A DNA stretch of 64,000 nt, from contig JANQRB010000154.1 of assembly GCA_028284775.1 (NCBI GenBank), forward strand, positions 39,785-103,784, in the 5' to 3' direction. The translations under genes and the position numbers were made by a program. The notes under the pieces were generated by a model. The model did not search any database. It had not been told where the DNA came from and was given only the letters and a program-made list of their open reading frames with translations. Positions 9,581 to 20,060 of this stretch are shown piece after piece; within the stretch, counting starts at the first letter, position 1, and the number at the start of each line of letters is the position of its first letter. The stretch comes from Candidatus Kapaibacterium sp. GTDB taxonomy: Bacteria > Bacteroidota > Ignavibacteria > Kapaibacteriales > UBA7675.

Positions 9581-10813
9581 GTGTATCTTAGCTCTATGGT
9601 GACCGCCCGGGACGAACTGCTTCCATTCTCGATTTGTGATCCTGGTGAACGACTGTCCCGTCAGCGCAGCGGGCTGTGCCTGCCCATTGTTATTCTCGCA
9701 TCGATCCTTCTCCATGGGATGCCGGGGCTGGCGGCGGATACGGCAAGCTACGGGCAATTGCAGCCCGCCTATGCCCAACGCAACCAAAGTTTGGCAAACC
9801 TGGCGGACACAGATCGCGGCCAGTTCTCCCTGCTTTTCCGTTGCCGGTTGCAACCTGTCTTTGACCTGGGCCAATCGACAAAATTGATTTTTGCCTATGA
9901 GGCTGCCGGTCTGCTCTATACCGCCGCTCCGCTGCTGGCCGAAACAGTGGCGACGGGAGCGCGCCAGCTCGTCAGGCTTCACTGGCGTCCATTGAGCGGC
10001 GATCGCCACAGCATTCGTCATGGAGTAGAGCGCTTCTACCTGGCCCATCATGAAGCAGGCTGGCAATTGAGTGTCGGGCGCCGACAATTCGATTGGAGCG
10101 TCGGGACATTCTGGCATCCGGTCGATTTCTTTTTGCCGCCTGACCCGACCGACTTCAGTCGGCCGGAACAGGAAGGCGCCGATGTTGTAGCGCTGTCCGC
10201 GCGTCTGAGCGACAGCCTTGGGATTGATCTCGTGCTTAATCCCGTTCAGCGGCACTCCTTTAACGGCTTAGTTCGTATGTCGCTCATATCGGGGTATTGG
10301 CAAGCCGCGCTGCAGGCCGGACGCGTGGAAGATCGTTTCGCGGCGGGGGCGGTCCTGGAGCAGAGCTTAGATAATGTGAGGGCCTACTGTGAGGCGGCCT
10401 ATCACGGGCCTGCAATCGGAGAGCGCGGATTTGCCAGGCTGCTTCTCGGCTTACACATCGAGAGCAATGATGAGAGGAATCGGGGCGCGCTGGAGTACCA
10501 TTTCAACGGCGAAGGCCCGACGGACCATTCGGAATACGATCTGCTGCGTCTGTTCAGGAATGAAATTATCAACCTCGGTCAGCATTATCTCGCCGCCCGG
10601 ATCTGGCATCGTTTCAATGCGGCATCGCGCGTGCAGGCGGACAACGTACTTAACCTCGTCGACGGCAGCGGCCTGTTCCACATTTGGAGTGACTACATGT
10701 TCGCACCATCACTGACCCTGCGCGCCGGAGTCCAGGTGCCCTACGCCCGCTCCCTGCGCGAATACTGGTACTATGCGCGCAGCGTCTATCTTGCCCTGCG
10801 CGCGTATTTTTAA
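9581..10813 (+). CDS. Hypothetical protein, possible outer-membrane beta-barrel (C-terminal ...LALRAYF); start codon uncertain
   Basis: The ORF is 410 aa with a hydrophobic segment LCLPIVILASILLHG, then alternating amphipathic stretches, and a terminal aromatic Phe as in OMPs. The listed start is GTG 9581. No convincing ATG lies in front of the hydrophobic segment. Confidence 0.45.
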   Translation: MYLSSMVTARDELLPFSICDPGERLSRQRSGLCLPIVILASILLHGMPGLAADTASYGQLQPAYAQRNQSLANLADTDRGQFSLLFRCRLQPVFDLGQSTKLIFAYEAAGLLYTAAPLLAETVATGARQLVRLHWRPLSGDRHSIRHGVERFYLAHHEAGWQLSVGRRQFDWSVGTFWHPVDFFLPPDPTDFSRPEQEGADVVALSARLSDSLGIDLVLNPVQRHSFNGLVRMSLISGYWQAALQAGRVEDRFAAGAVLEQSLDNVRAYCEAAYHGPAIGERGFARLLLGLHIESNDERNRGALEYHFNGEGPTDHSEYDLLRLFRNEIINLGQHYLAARIWHRFNAASRVQADNVLNLVDGSGLFHIWSDYMFAPSLTLRAGVQVPYARSLREYWYYARSVYLALRAYF

Positions 10814-10941
10814 ATCTTTTGGTCCTTGTCGGCGTTTATACGATATTAGCCCGGCGCCGCCAGCAGCGCATACCTTCAAGGGTAATCTTCCGATTCCAGC
10901 AATGAAAGATCAGTTTTGGCAACAATCTGCTACGTGAGTCG

Positions 10942-12351
10942 ATGAATGTAGTATTAATCGGAATAATTGTCTACGTAGCACTCCAACTGGTTCTCGGTTT
11001 TGTCATCTCAAGAAAGATTCACACCGAATCGGACTTTTTACTGGCCGGGCGCAAGCTCGGTTACTGGCTTGCCGTTTTTTCGATTTTCGGCACCTGGTTT
11101 GGAGCTGAAACCTGTATCGGTACCGCAGGGGCGGCCTATTCCGATGGACTGGCAGGCGTAACGGCCGATCCCTTCGGCTATAGTATCTGCCTATTTCTGA
11201 TGGGCCTGCTGCTAGCCGTTCCCTTGTGGCGACTTAAGATCACAACGATTGCCGACTTTTTCCGTTTGCGCTATTCCGTTCTGGCTGAAAGGACGGTTGC
11301 CGTCATTATCGTGCCCGCCTCGGTGTTATGGGCCGCGGCCCAGATTCGCGCCTTTGGCCAGGTGCTGTCGGCCTCATCCGAGTTGACTCTTGGACTGGCA
11401 ATTGTCATTGCAACAACAGTTGTAATAATCTATACGGTATCCGGCGGACTGCTCGCCGATGCGATGACCGATATCATTCAAGGGGCCATTTTGATTATCG
11501 GCCTGGTGATCCTGGCATTTGTGATCAACAGCCATCTGGACGGAATTTTTTCAGCGCTGGCAGCTCTGCCGGACGACAAACTTAGCTTTGTTTCGGAGGC
11601 GGCGCGGCAGAGCGATTGGACGGCACTGGAGCTGATGGAGGCCTGGGCCGTTCCGATCTGCGGCTCGCTGGTAGCGCAGGAGCTGGTGGCGCGCGTTATC
11701 GCCTCGCGTTCACCAAAAGTGGCGCGTCGTTCCACTTTTATCGCCGCTTCGATGTATATCAGTGTCGGCTTAATGCCGCTGGCCTTTGGCCTCGTCGGCA
11801 GCACAATGATCGTCGGTCTGGAATTTCCCGAGCAGATATTGCCCAAGCTGGCGCAGCAGCACCTGCCGTCACTGGGTTACGTGATCTTCGCGGGCGCATT
11901 GGTATCCGCAATTCTGTCAACAGTTGATAGCGCCTTGCTTGCCGCCACCGCTCTCATCTCGCACAACGTCATCATACCCCTGCGACCGGCTATTTCCGAG
12001 AGACAAAAACTGCTGATCGAACGATGTGGCGTCGTAGTCTTCGGCATCATCGCTTTTGCACTGGCCCTGGCGGCCGACGGTGTCTATGCCCTGGTTGAGG
12101 AAGCGTCGGCTTTCGGCAGCGCCGGCGTCTTTATTGTTGTCTTGATCGGCTTGTTTACGCGTTTTGGCGGGCCGCGGAGTGCTATGACGGCACTCCTGGC
12201 CGGAGTCGTTGTTTATTTTCTGGCGGCTTTTGTTCTGGCCCTTCCTTACAGTTATCTGCTTTCCATCGCTGCCGCGCTGGGCGGATACCTGGCTGTCGGA
12301 TTCTTTGAGGACCGCGGCCCATCCATGTCTATGATGCATGCAAAGGCCTGA
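10942..12351 (+). CDS. Sodium:solute symporter (SSS) family transporter
   Basis: The protein is 469 aa, polytopic, and has an N-terminal SSS-like ...LLAGRKLGYWLAVFSIFGTWFGAETCIGTAGAAY. Confidence 0.85.
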   Translation: MNVVLIGIIVYVALQLVLGFVISRKIHTESDFLLAGRKLGYWLAVFSIFGTWFGAETCIGTAGAAYSDGLAGVTADPFGYSICLFLMGLLLAVPLWRLKITTIADFFRLRYSVLAERTVAVIIVPASVLWAAAQIRAFGQVLSASSELTLGLAIVIATTVVIIYTVSGGLLADAMTDIIQGAILIIGLVILAFVINSHLDGIFSALAALPDDKLSFVSEAARQSDWTALELMEAWAVPICGSLVAQELVARVIASRSPKVARRSTFIAASMYISVGLMPLAFGLVGSTMIVGLEFPEQILPKLAQQHLPSLGYVIFAGALVSAILSTVDSALLAATALISHNVIIPLRPAISERQKLLIERCGVVVFGIIAFALALAADGVYALVEEASAFGSAGVFIVVLIGLFTRFGGPRSAMTALLAGVVVYFLAAFVLALPYSYLLSIAAALGGYLAVGFFEDRGPSMSMMHAKA

Positions 12352-12399
12352 ATTGCGCCGGCACAAGACCGCCCTCCGTTCCTTGCGTGCAGCAGACTG

Positions 12400-13149
12400 C
12401 TACATACCGTTTTGCGTCAGCCGTTTAAGCAATGCTTCCTTTTTGCTGCGTGCCACGATGACGCTTGAATTGTCGGAGGTAATGACGTGACCGCCTTCGC
12501 CGCGAATATAGCGAACCACGTGATTCAGGTTAATCAAATGCGAATGGTGAATACGAAAGAAGTTGTGTTTCGACAATAGTTTGTCATAGGCCTTTAGTGG
12601 TCTGGAGATTAACAGCTCCTGCGAATCAGCGAGAAAAACGCGCGTATAATTGCCGTCAGCTTCACAGCGAATGACATCCTGAATCTTGACAAAGAGCATA
12701 CCGTCGGCGGTGGGTAAGCCGATCCGTTCGCCCTGGTTTTGCATTCTCACCACGTTGCTGAAGATATTTTGCATGGCAACATCCGGATGTTCCCGCAGGC
12801 GGCGTTCCGCTTCGTGCACAGCGGCCTTAAGATCTTCAACGGCGATCGGTTTCAAGAGATAATCGATGGCATGAACTTTAATCGCCCGGAGGGCATATTG
12901 ATTGTGAGCGGTCGTGATGACAATCTCGAAGCGAATATCGGAAATGCGATCCAGCACATCGAAACCCGTACCAAAGGGCATTTCGATATCCAGAAAAACG
13001 AGCTCGGGCGATTCCCGCTCGATGAGTGCCGCTCCGGTGTCAATGGAATTGGCGATGCCGCAGACTTCTACTTCGGGGCAATGCCGCTGTAGCAACAGAT
13101 CCAGCGTCTCACTGCTTAACTCTTCATCGTCAATAATCACCGCGCGCAT
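12400..13149 (-). CDS. LytTR-family two-component response regulator (REC + LytTR DNA-binding domain)
   Basis: MRAVIIDDEELS...LVFLDIEMP is the receiver-domain acidic pocket. The C-terminal LytTR domain reads ...FFRIHHSHLINLNHV... Confidence 0.9.
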   Translation of the reverse strand: MRAVIIDDEELSSETLDLLLQRHCPEVEVCGIANSIDTGAALIERESPELVFLDIEMPFGTGFDVLDRISDIRFEIVITTAHNQYALRAIKVHAIDYLLKPIAVEDLKAAVHEAERRLREHPDVAMQNIFSNVVRMQNQGERIGLPTADGMLFVKIQDVIRCEADGNYTRVFLADSQELLISRPLKAYDKLLSKHNFFRIHHSHLINLNHVVRYIRGEGGHVITSDNSSVIVARSKKEALLKRLTQNGM

Positions 13150-13233
13150 TGTATCAATCCTTCCTATAGTAAGACAAGCTCAATCTCGCGCATTCTTTGC
13201 AATCGGCGGCGGCGTTCCGCCCATATCACAGCC

Positions 13234-16200
13234 CTATTGGATCGGAATCAATATCTCCACGCGAGTACCCGCGGGCTGTCCGTTCTCGTCTTGCAAGTCT
13301 ATCACTTTTATGTCAAAATCATTGTCTGAAATGGACGACAGCATCGCAATTCGTTCGTTTGATGTGTGCATCCCACGCGAAATGTGATGCCGTCGGGAAT
13401 TAGCGAGTACTTCGGCGGCTTTGGCGCGTCCAATCCCATTGTCTTCGACAAGGCATAAGACCTGCTCGTTGGTACCGCTGATACTGAGCCGCAATCGCCC
13501 TTTGCTTGCCCGGTGCGCCAGGCCGTGCTTAATGGCATTTTCGACGAAGGGCTGGATTAGTAGTGGAGGCACCAGGACCTTGTGCAAGGCCAGGCTCTGA
13601 TCGATATCGATGTGGTAACTGAACTTGTCGCGAAAGCGTAAGGCTTCCAGCTCGATATAGTATTGGAGCGCCTTGATATCCTCTTCCAGCGATATCGCTT
13701 CACAATTCGAACTCTCGAGCACCGAACGCATTAGTTTGGCAAATTTGTTAAGATAGGAGTGTGCCGCCACCGCATCATTTTTTGTGATGAAATTCACAAT
13801 CGAATTGAGCGAGTTAAAGATAAAATGAGGATTCATCTGGGCTCGCAGGGATTGCAGCCTGAACTCGACCAACTTCCGATTGGTGCGTTCCTGGCGCTGC
13901 ACCGTCCGCAAGCGGGTGATGACGGCGCCCGTCAGCAGGGCTAATGCCAGCATAGCTATCATTGCCCGGAACCACCAAGTTTGCCAGAATGCGGGAATGA
14001 TCCGGATTCCTATCCGGGCTTCTCGCTTCGTCTGCGATGAACTGCCGCCCAATTCGCGTACGCGAAACAAGTAGTTCCCGGGAGCGACATTCGTGAAAGA
14101 GGCCACGGGATGGCGACCATCGGTAACGCGCCAGACGTCGCTAAAGTTATCCAATCGGTATTCGTAGCGAATGTGTTGCGGCGAATCAAAATTTAATGCC
14201 GCAAAGCCGAGCGAGAAAAAGTTCTCGTCGTGTTGTAGCTCAATTTCACGTTTAAGGAAAATCGATGTGTCCAGACGCGCCGCTTGATCGAAGATGGCAA
14301 AGGTCGTTATTGTCATCGTTCTGGAGCCGCGGTCGGATACGACGCTATCGGGGTGGAAATCTACGTAGCCGCCTAAACCGCCAAAGTACAGGCGGCCGGA
14401 GTTATCCTTCCACGATGTAGTTAAGTGGAATTCTTTCACGCCGATTCCGTCCGGCTCGGCAAAATTGATGAATCGTTCCTGCTCCGGATCGAAGTGCGAA
14501 ATGCCGAACATTGTACTGATCCACCAATGGCCGTTGTTGTCTTGCAGAATAGCACGCGTGAAGTTGGAAGCCAGCCCGTGCTCTTCTGTGAAGCGGCGAT
14601 TCTTGCCGCTGCGAGGATCAAAACGATTGATGCCGCCTCCGGCGGTGGCCAGCCAGAGAAATCCATCTTCATCTTCGCGGATAACCCAGACGCGATCGTC
14701 GCTGATCGTCGTTGTGTCATTGCCGATCGAACGAAAGACGGAGAAGTTGTCGTCGACAGGATTATAACGATTCAAGCCCCTATCCGTACCGATCCAGAGC
14801 CTGTTCCGACGATCACGGTGCATACACAGTATATTGTCGTTGCTGATGCTGTGCGGATCGCTTTCGTTGTAGTAGTAAAGCTGCCAGGTACTATCGTGTT
14901 TTCGTAGTCGATTGAGACCCCAGTGGAGCACGCCGACCCACAAGTCGTCAGCTGTTTCATCCAAACTCCAAATTCCCCAGCCAAACATTTGATTGACATG
15001 CATTTTTTTCCGGACACTCAGATACTTTCTGTCGGATCGATATTGTTGCCGCAAAAGCAGCTCCCGAGAATAAAGGTACAATCCGTTATTGGTCCCAAGC
15101 CAGAAATTGCCGTCGTCACTTGCTTTGATAAAGTTAATGATGTTTATCTCGCTCGAGTACATGTCGGTTATCGGCGCAATGTGTTGCCGGAATACCTGCT
15201 CGCCGGGCTTGCGATAATTAAGCCCGCGGCCGGCTGTTCCAACCCAGACTTCACCGTCGTCATGGACAAAGAGAGAGCGAATTTTGTTGTGGCTCAGGCT
15301 GGTGCTGTCGCTGGGGCTGTAACTGACATTGCTGAAGATTTGCGCATCGAGATGCGCGCGGCTGATGCCGTTGTCGGTACCGATCCAGAGGTAGCCGTTG
15401 CGATCTTCGAATAGACAGTTAACATCGTTGCCGCTCAAGCTGTGGGGATTGCAAACATCATTCATGTAGTGGCGATTGGCAGCGGTCTTCGTATCGAAAA
15501 CCATCAGGCCCCAGCGAAACGATCCCACGAGAAGGGTACCGCTTCTGGAACGCAGGACGGAGCGCTGGGGGATATTCCGAAGCGAGAAGTATTGAATGTT
15601 GTCCAAACTTCGCTGGCCGATCTTTCCATCATAAATCGGTAGTATGATCGCTTGCCCAAATCCGGATGCAAGGATATTGTTGTCATGATCGATTGCGATT
15701 CGTCCCAGCAGAATCGAGTCGAGCAGCCTGTAGTTGGCATTAACATTCCGATTGACGAAACAATCGTGTTCGGCCACGTATCGTTGCAAACCGTTCACAT
15801 TCGACAACATCCAGACATTCTGCTCACGATCGCTCGCGATGGAGTGAAAGCCGCCGTCCACCGTCGAGTAAACATCATTCGAATCATGATAGAAACGTTT
15901 GATTGTGCCTGTCCGTTTGTCGATGCGATTGAGATGGGCGCTGCCGTCTTTAGTCACGCACCAGATCGTGTTGTCCGGGCCTTCGCAGATGCTGTGTACA
16001 TTGTTGCCGCTCAGGCTAAACGAATCGGTTGGTACATGTGAAAAACGTTCAAAGTCATCGCTGACATGATTATATCTGCAAACGCCGCTCGCGGACGTCG
16101 CGACCCAAAGTGTCCCCTCGCTGTCGACTATCATGGATCGTACGCCGCCTGGCCCGATCGAATTTGAGTCAAGGGTTTCGTGGATATAACTGTGAAAGCG

Positions 16201-16431
16201 ATAGCCATCAAAGCGCACCAGCGCGGTACGCAGGCCAAACCACATAAAGCCGAGGCTGTCCTGGGTGATTGAAAGTACGTGATGATCCGGCAAGCCATCG
16301 CTGACGCCGTAGCGCTGAAACCTGATGTTGGAGTTAATCGCAGCGGATATGCCATACTGCCAAACCATCAAGAGAAGGAATACAAGCAGGGCTGTGCGGC
16401 GCGGATAAAGCTGTGGAGCACATCCCTTCCT
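13234..16431 (-). CDS. Sensor histidine kinase with periplasmic two-component-regulator propeller (Reg_prop) repeats + Y_Y_Y, TM helix, and LytS-type His_kinase + HATPase_c domains
   Basis: Many DG.LW.GT..GL propeller repeats are present. The TM segment is WWFRAMIAMLALALLTGAVI. The H-box is MNPHFIFNSLNSI (PF06580-like), and the ATPase G-box ends ...GTRVEILIPIQ. The ORF track runs to 16782, but the N-terminal 117 codons lack signal-peptide features. The start is more likely GTG 16431 (MRKGCAPQLYPRRTALLVFLLLMVW...) or ATG 16368. Confidence 0.8.
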   Translation of the reverse strand, partial: RKGCAPQLYPRRTALLVFLLLMVWQYGISAAINSNIRFQRYGVSDGLPDHHVLSITQDSLGFMWFGLRTALVRFDGYRFHSYIHETLDSNSIGPGGVRSMIVDSEGTLWVATSASGVCRYNHVSDDFERFSHVPTDSFSLSGNNVHSICEGPDNTIWCVTKDGSAHLNRIDKRTGTIKRFYHDSNDVYSTVDGGFHSIASDREQNVWMLSNVNGLQRYVAEHDCFVNRNVNANYRLLDSILLGRIAIDHDNNILASGFGQAIILPIYDGKIGQRSLDNIQYFSLRNIPQRSVLRSRSGTLLVGSFRWGLMVFDTKTAANRHYMNDVCNPHSLSGNDVNCLFEDRNGYLWIGTDNGISRAHLDAQIFSNVSYSPSDSTSLSHNKIRSLFVHDDGEVWVGTAGRGLNYRKPGEQVFRQHIAPITDMYSSEINIINFIKASDDGNFWLGTNNGLYLYSRELLLRQQYRSDRKYLSVRKKMHVNQMFGWGIWSLDETADDLWVGVLHWGLNRLRKHDSTWQLYYYNESDPHSISNDNILCMHRDRRNRLWIGTDRGLNRYNPVDDNFSVFRSIGNDTTTISDDRVWVIREDEDGFLWLATAGGGINRFDPRSGKNRRFTEEHGLASNFTRAILQDNNGHWWISTMFGISHFDPEQERFINFAEPDGIGVKEFHLTTSWKDNSGRLYFGGLGGYVDFHPDSVVSDRGSRTMTITTFAIFDQAARLDTSIFLKREIELQHDENFFSLGFAALNFDSPQHIRYEYRLDNFSDVWRVTDGRHPVASFTNVAPGNYLFRVRELGGSSSQTKREARIGIRIIPAFWQTWWFRAMIAMLALALLTGAVITRLRTVQRQERTNRKLVEFRLQSLRAQMNPHFIFNSLNSIVNFITKNDAVAAHSYLNKFAKLMRSVLESSNCEAISLEEDIKALQYYIELEALRFRDKFSYHIDIDQSLALHKVLVPPLLIQPFVENAIKHGLAHRASKGRLRLSISGTNEQVLCLVEDNGIGRAKAAEVLANSRRHHISRGMHTSNERIAMLSSISDNDFDIKVIDLQDENGQPAGTRVEILIPIQ

Positions 16432-16643
16432 CACAAAAAAGGATGTATTGTGGCTCTCGGGATCTAAACGATCTATTCGATTCGCACCTGGACCTCCCGG
16501 AAGTCGTCGTCCGAACATTCTCTTCCTCGGCATTGCATGCCGAGGATTCCCGGGTGGCACAGGCTGGCCGCAGCCGCCGGTCGGACGCCGTAGACAAGGG
16601 GAGACAGGATGCAAGGTATTCATTGTTTGCCAGGCTTGTACGT

Positions 16644-19106
16644 TCACCAGCCATAAAGCAGAAAGCCCGACCAGCGAACCGGATGAGCTGAATAGTCTTT
16701 CTGAAGTCGAGCCAGTTTGGCCGCGCGCAAGCTCGCTTCGGGCGAGAGTCCTTTCATCAAGCCGGCATAGTAGTCCCGCCACAAAAACCGGGTATATTTA
16801 CTGCTGGCTTTCCAGAGCGAAACCGCCACACAAGTGTTTTCACAACTCAATATACCGCCCAGAACCGCAGACAGCGCACGCGCACTTACCAATTGATTGT
16901 CACGGCAATCGCAATAGGGCAGCGCCACCCACCGCTCACTCCAGTCCAGCCTGAAACTCTCGGCGCTGGTCATAACACCATCATTTGCCGTATCCTCGCC
17001 GTCCGGGTTTGCCAGCAAGAGACCAGAGAGGGCGGGCGCGAGCCGATGGTAAAAACAATGGCTTGCGAGATGCAGCGTATTGTGTGTTGCGACGGCAGCC
17101 CGCAGTGCCGCTTCGTTTGCCCGGCAGTCGGCGGCCAGCACCCCGTCACCGTCCAGATCACTGATCGCGGCAAACGACGCCTCCGTTTCACGCCTGGCAC
17201 TTCGTAGGGTTCGAATGCCTGAATCTTTTGTAAAGAGCGTCGACATTGCCGGAATCCGATGTGCGTTGCTGTGCAATTCCGGATAAGCGATTGCTGCGGA
17301 ACCCGAACAGGCTGTGTCGCCGAAATCAGGAGCGAAGCCGGCAAACTGAAGCTCGCGTGGCGGTGCCTGAAGTTTGCGCCACTCGTGCCGGGCCGCCCGT
17401 CGGGCGAACTGCGTCGCAGAGAAATGATAAGCGAAGCTGCGTGTCAGAAGGGGGTAGCGATACTGGCTGAAATCGCCGGGTTTGCGTTTCAGTCGTGAAC
17501 CGGCGTGGAGTGCTTCAAAGGGTATGGAATACAGCTGCCCTTCCGGTACGATGATCAGCGAAGTAATGTCAGCTCCAAGTCGGTCCAGGGCCGGCGCCAG
17601 TAGCAGGTCATACAGCCTCTTCAGATTTTTGGTCAGCTCATTCGCTCGTCCAAGCCGAATCTCATAGTACATAGCAGCGACGACATCGGGAATACTCGAA
17701 TCCGCCCGACAGGCGATAAGATGCAAATCTTCAGCCGTAAGGAGCAATAGATAGATTCGGCCGGGGCCGTAGGAATAGCTCAACAAGGCTTCGTCGGGCT
17801 GCAATCGGCGCTGCACTTCCTCGGAGCCCGCCGGTGCCGCCGGCCAGCGCATCGAGGCGAGGCGGGGAAGAATTTTGCGCCAGCCTTTGCGAAGCTCTGC
17901 CAATTGCTCTAAAAGCGCCTGCCGTTCTGTAATGAAAGCGGGATTTGCGGAGCTGAATTCTCTCGTCGCATCCAACCGGAGCAGTTGCCGATTGTTTCGA
18001 TTGACAGCTTCAACCAGGCTGTCGCGGGCGAAGTGGCGCCGCTCAAGGTCAAGCGCGAGATAAGCATCCCAGCTTGCAAGCCGCTTGCGAAATTCGGCGA
18101 AAAAAAAGGTCGCACTGCGATAATCGGCATGCCGGGTCTTCTGAAAGGCAAACACCGCCGCCGCGAGTGCATGCGGCATGTGCTGGCGGTCAAGCTGTCG
18201 GATCCAGAATCTGCTGGCCGGGCCGCCATAGGATGCGCGATACGCGTCCAGTGCTTCCGCTCCTCTGCGGAAATTCGTCAGTCCCGACAGAAGGTCACGA
18301 AGGTCATGCGATTCAAAAAGGTAGACCCTGACAAAAAGTTGAGCCTTCAGTAGAAGACTCTCCGTCAGCAGCCCTTGCGCGGCAGCGCTTGCGAGAACAG
18401 GCACATCACCAGTCAGACTATCCGCTTCCCAGCCGAGCAGAGAACGCAGGCTGTATTGAATGTGCCCGAGTCCCCGTGCATATCGGCCTTGAAGGAGCAT
18501 TGTTTTGGCGGTCTGAATGTAGGAGTAGGCCAGGAGAGTAGCCGTATCTCCGCCGATGGCCCGACTGAGTCGCCACGCTCTAGTGTGATAGCTCAAGGCG
18601 GAATCGAAGGAATGGCCTTCCCGCCACGCAGCGCCGAAATTGTTGAGCAGCAACACGTCCCTGGCATTGGGCTGTATGCCCGCCTTGAAACGCAAGGAAA
18701 TAGAACGTTGCAGTGCCTTATGCGCCGAATCATAGTTGCCTTGGGCTGCAAAGGCGAAGGCCATACTATGCGCAAGATCGGCGGCGCGAGCACGATCGTT
18801 GTTATCGTCGAGAGTACAGGATGCCAGCACAGGCCGAAGCAGATGAAGAGCCGAGTCCGGATAGTTGGATTCGACCAGGGCATGCGCGCGATCGCGTTGA
18901 CGGATTGTAGACTTACGTTGATCCGAAAGCCCGTCGGAGCTGCCATAGCGCAGATTGAGAATCTCGTTCAGAGACAAGAAGTCATACGGTGAGGCGAAAT
19001 TGCGTTCCTGCCCGAAGTCGGAGGGCAAAGACTGCTCGGCTTTGAGCTGCGCCGCGCAGGCAGCTATCATTAGCATCGAGCAAAACACACAAGCATACCA
19101 AGACAT
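16644..19106 (-). CDS. Secreted TPR-repeat protein with C-terminal CHAT (caspase-HetF-like) protease domain
   Basis: There is a signal peptide MSWYACVFCSMLMIAACAAQ, then N-terminal TPR-like helical repeats. The C-terminal ~300 aa contain ...LIIVPEGQLYSIPFEAL... and TLHLASHCFY..., a His/Cys dyad context typical of CHAT. Confidence 0.75.
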   Translation of the reverse strand: MSWYACVFCSMLMIAACAAQLKAEQSLPSDFGQERNFASPYDFLSLNEILNLRYGSSDGLSDQRKSTIRQRDRAHALVESNYPDSALHLLRPVLASCTLDDNNDRARAADLAHSMAFAFAAQGNYDSAHKALQRSISLRFKAGIQPNARDVLLLNNFGAAWREGHSFDSALSYHTRAWRLSRAIGGDTATLLAYSYIQTAKTMLLQGRYARGLGHIQYSLRSLLGWEADSLTGDVPVLASAAAQGLLTESLLLKAQLFVRVYLFESHDLRDLLSGLTNFRRGAEALDAYRASYGGPASRFWIRQLDRQHMPHALAAAVFAFQKTRHADYRSATFFFAEFRKRLASWDAYLALDLERRHFARDSLVEAVNRNNRQLLRLDATREFSSANPAFITERQALLEQLAELRKGWRKILPRLASMRWPAAPAGSEEVQRRLQPDEALLSYSYGPGRIYLLLLTAEDLHLIACRADSSIPDVVAAMYYEIRLGRANELTKNLKRLYDLLLAPALDRLGADITSLIIVPEGQLYSIPFEALHAGSRLKRKPGDFSQYRYPLLTRSFAYHFSATQFARRAARHEWRKLQAPPRELQFAGFAPDFGDTACSGSAAIAYPELHSNAHRIPAMSTLFTKDSGIRTLRSARRETEASFAAISDLDGDGVLAADCRANEAALRAAVATHNTLHLASHCFYHRLAPALSGLLLANPDGEDTANDGVMTSAESFRLDWSERWVALPYCDCRDNQLVSARALSAVLGGILSCENTCVAVSLWKASSKYTRFLWRDYYAGLMKGLSPEASLRAAKLARLQKDYSAHPVRWSGFLLYGW

Positions 19107-19137
19107 ATCAGAAATCCCGACGATGCCTTATCAACGC

Positions 19138-19656
19138 TTAGGCCTCTGATGAAAGGTCTTGTTCATCGCCCGCCAACTCCCCCAGCTCCTTGTCGATGAG
19201 GTAGAGACCGTTCTTCTCATCGTCTACCAGTCTGACTTTATCGAGCACGTTGCGGAAGAGCGTTTCTTCTTCATGCTGTTCATTGACATACCACTGCAGA
19301 AAGGTAAAAGTGGAATAATCCTTTTCACCGAGGCAAAGGTCGACCACATTATGAATGTGTTTCGTCACTTCCATTTCATGCTGCAGAGCGCTTTCCAGCA
19401 TATCCTTGATCGACGAAAAATTCTCAGGCGGCTGTTTGACGGCGGGGGCGATAGCCTGACCGCCGCGTTCATTGATGTAATGAAACAATTTCAACATGTG
19501 CATCCGTTCTTCATCGGAGTGCCCAAACATAAACTTGGCCGCGCCGCCGAAGCCTTGCGCATCACACCAGGATGCCATTGCCAGATAGTAATTTGACGCG
19601 TATGCCTCGTGAATAATCTGATTGTTGAGGGCCTTGGCGATGGGAAGAGAGAGCAT
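19138..19656 (-). CDS. Ferritin (non-heme bacterial ferritin, Ftn-like)
   Basis: The protein is 172 aa. It has ...IHEAYASNYYLAMASWCDAQGFGGAAKFMFGHSDEERMHMLKL...ALQHEMEVT..., with the ferroxidase-centre E/H residues in a four-helix-bundle pattern. Confidence 0.9.
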   Translation of the reverse strand: MLSLPIAKALNNQIIHEAYASNYYLAMASWCDAQGFGGAAKFMFGHSDEERMHMLKLFHYINERGGQAIAPAVKQPPENFSSIKDMLESALQHEMEVTKHIHNVVDLCLGEKDYSTFTFLQWYVNEQHEEETLFRNVLDKVRLVDDEKNGLYLIDKELGELAGDEQDLSSEA

Positions 19657-20060
19657 GGACTATTCTATGCTGAGTTAGCGAATACCTTTGCGCACAAATA
19701 TAGCTGAATAAAGCGAATTCGAAAATGAGGCGTCGCGAAACATCCTGAAACGGACGAGCCTCTTCACCCATGTAAACGATGCAAACTTTCACTTGCTGCG
19801 CAGTGCACGTTCACTTGATAGGGTAAAGAGGCTCAGTGCCACCCATTTATACACTTTCTGATTGTCAATGTTTGTTTGATTTTGCGGCTTCTGTGCCCGC
19901 CGTAAAAACAACGAGGGCAATGTAATTGAATCCACTGCACAGGCCAATCTCAAGTGTACGGTTGACGGAATTCGATGTATGGCTTACAAGAATTCCATGA
20001 TCTTTGGCGAAAGAGCTGGCGTTCGATTCTGCAATCGACCGCCTCGTTTCTTCGGGAGAC

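Noticed and set aside
9470-10255. 261-aa minus-strand ORF
   Set aside because: It overlaps the 3' end of the D-TA-family gene and the putative OMP gene in antisense. Its composition is Arg/Ala/Pro-rich, as expected for GC-rich antisense frames.
16432-16782. N-terminal 117-codon extension of the sensor kinase ORF
   Set aside because: The extension (MAGLLCRLDERTLARSELARGQ...) has no signal peptide or domain character and a skewed composition. The hydrophobic signal-like segment begins only after the internal GTG/ATG. It is treated as non-coding upstream sequence.
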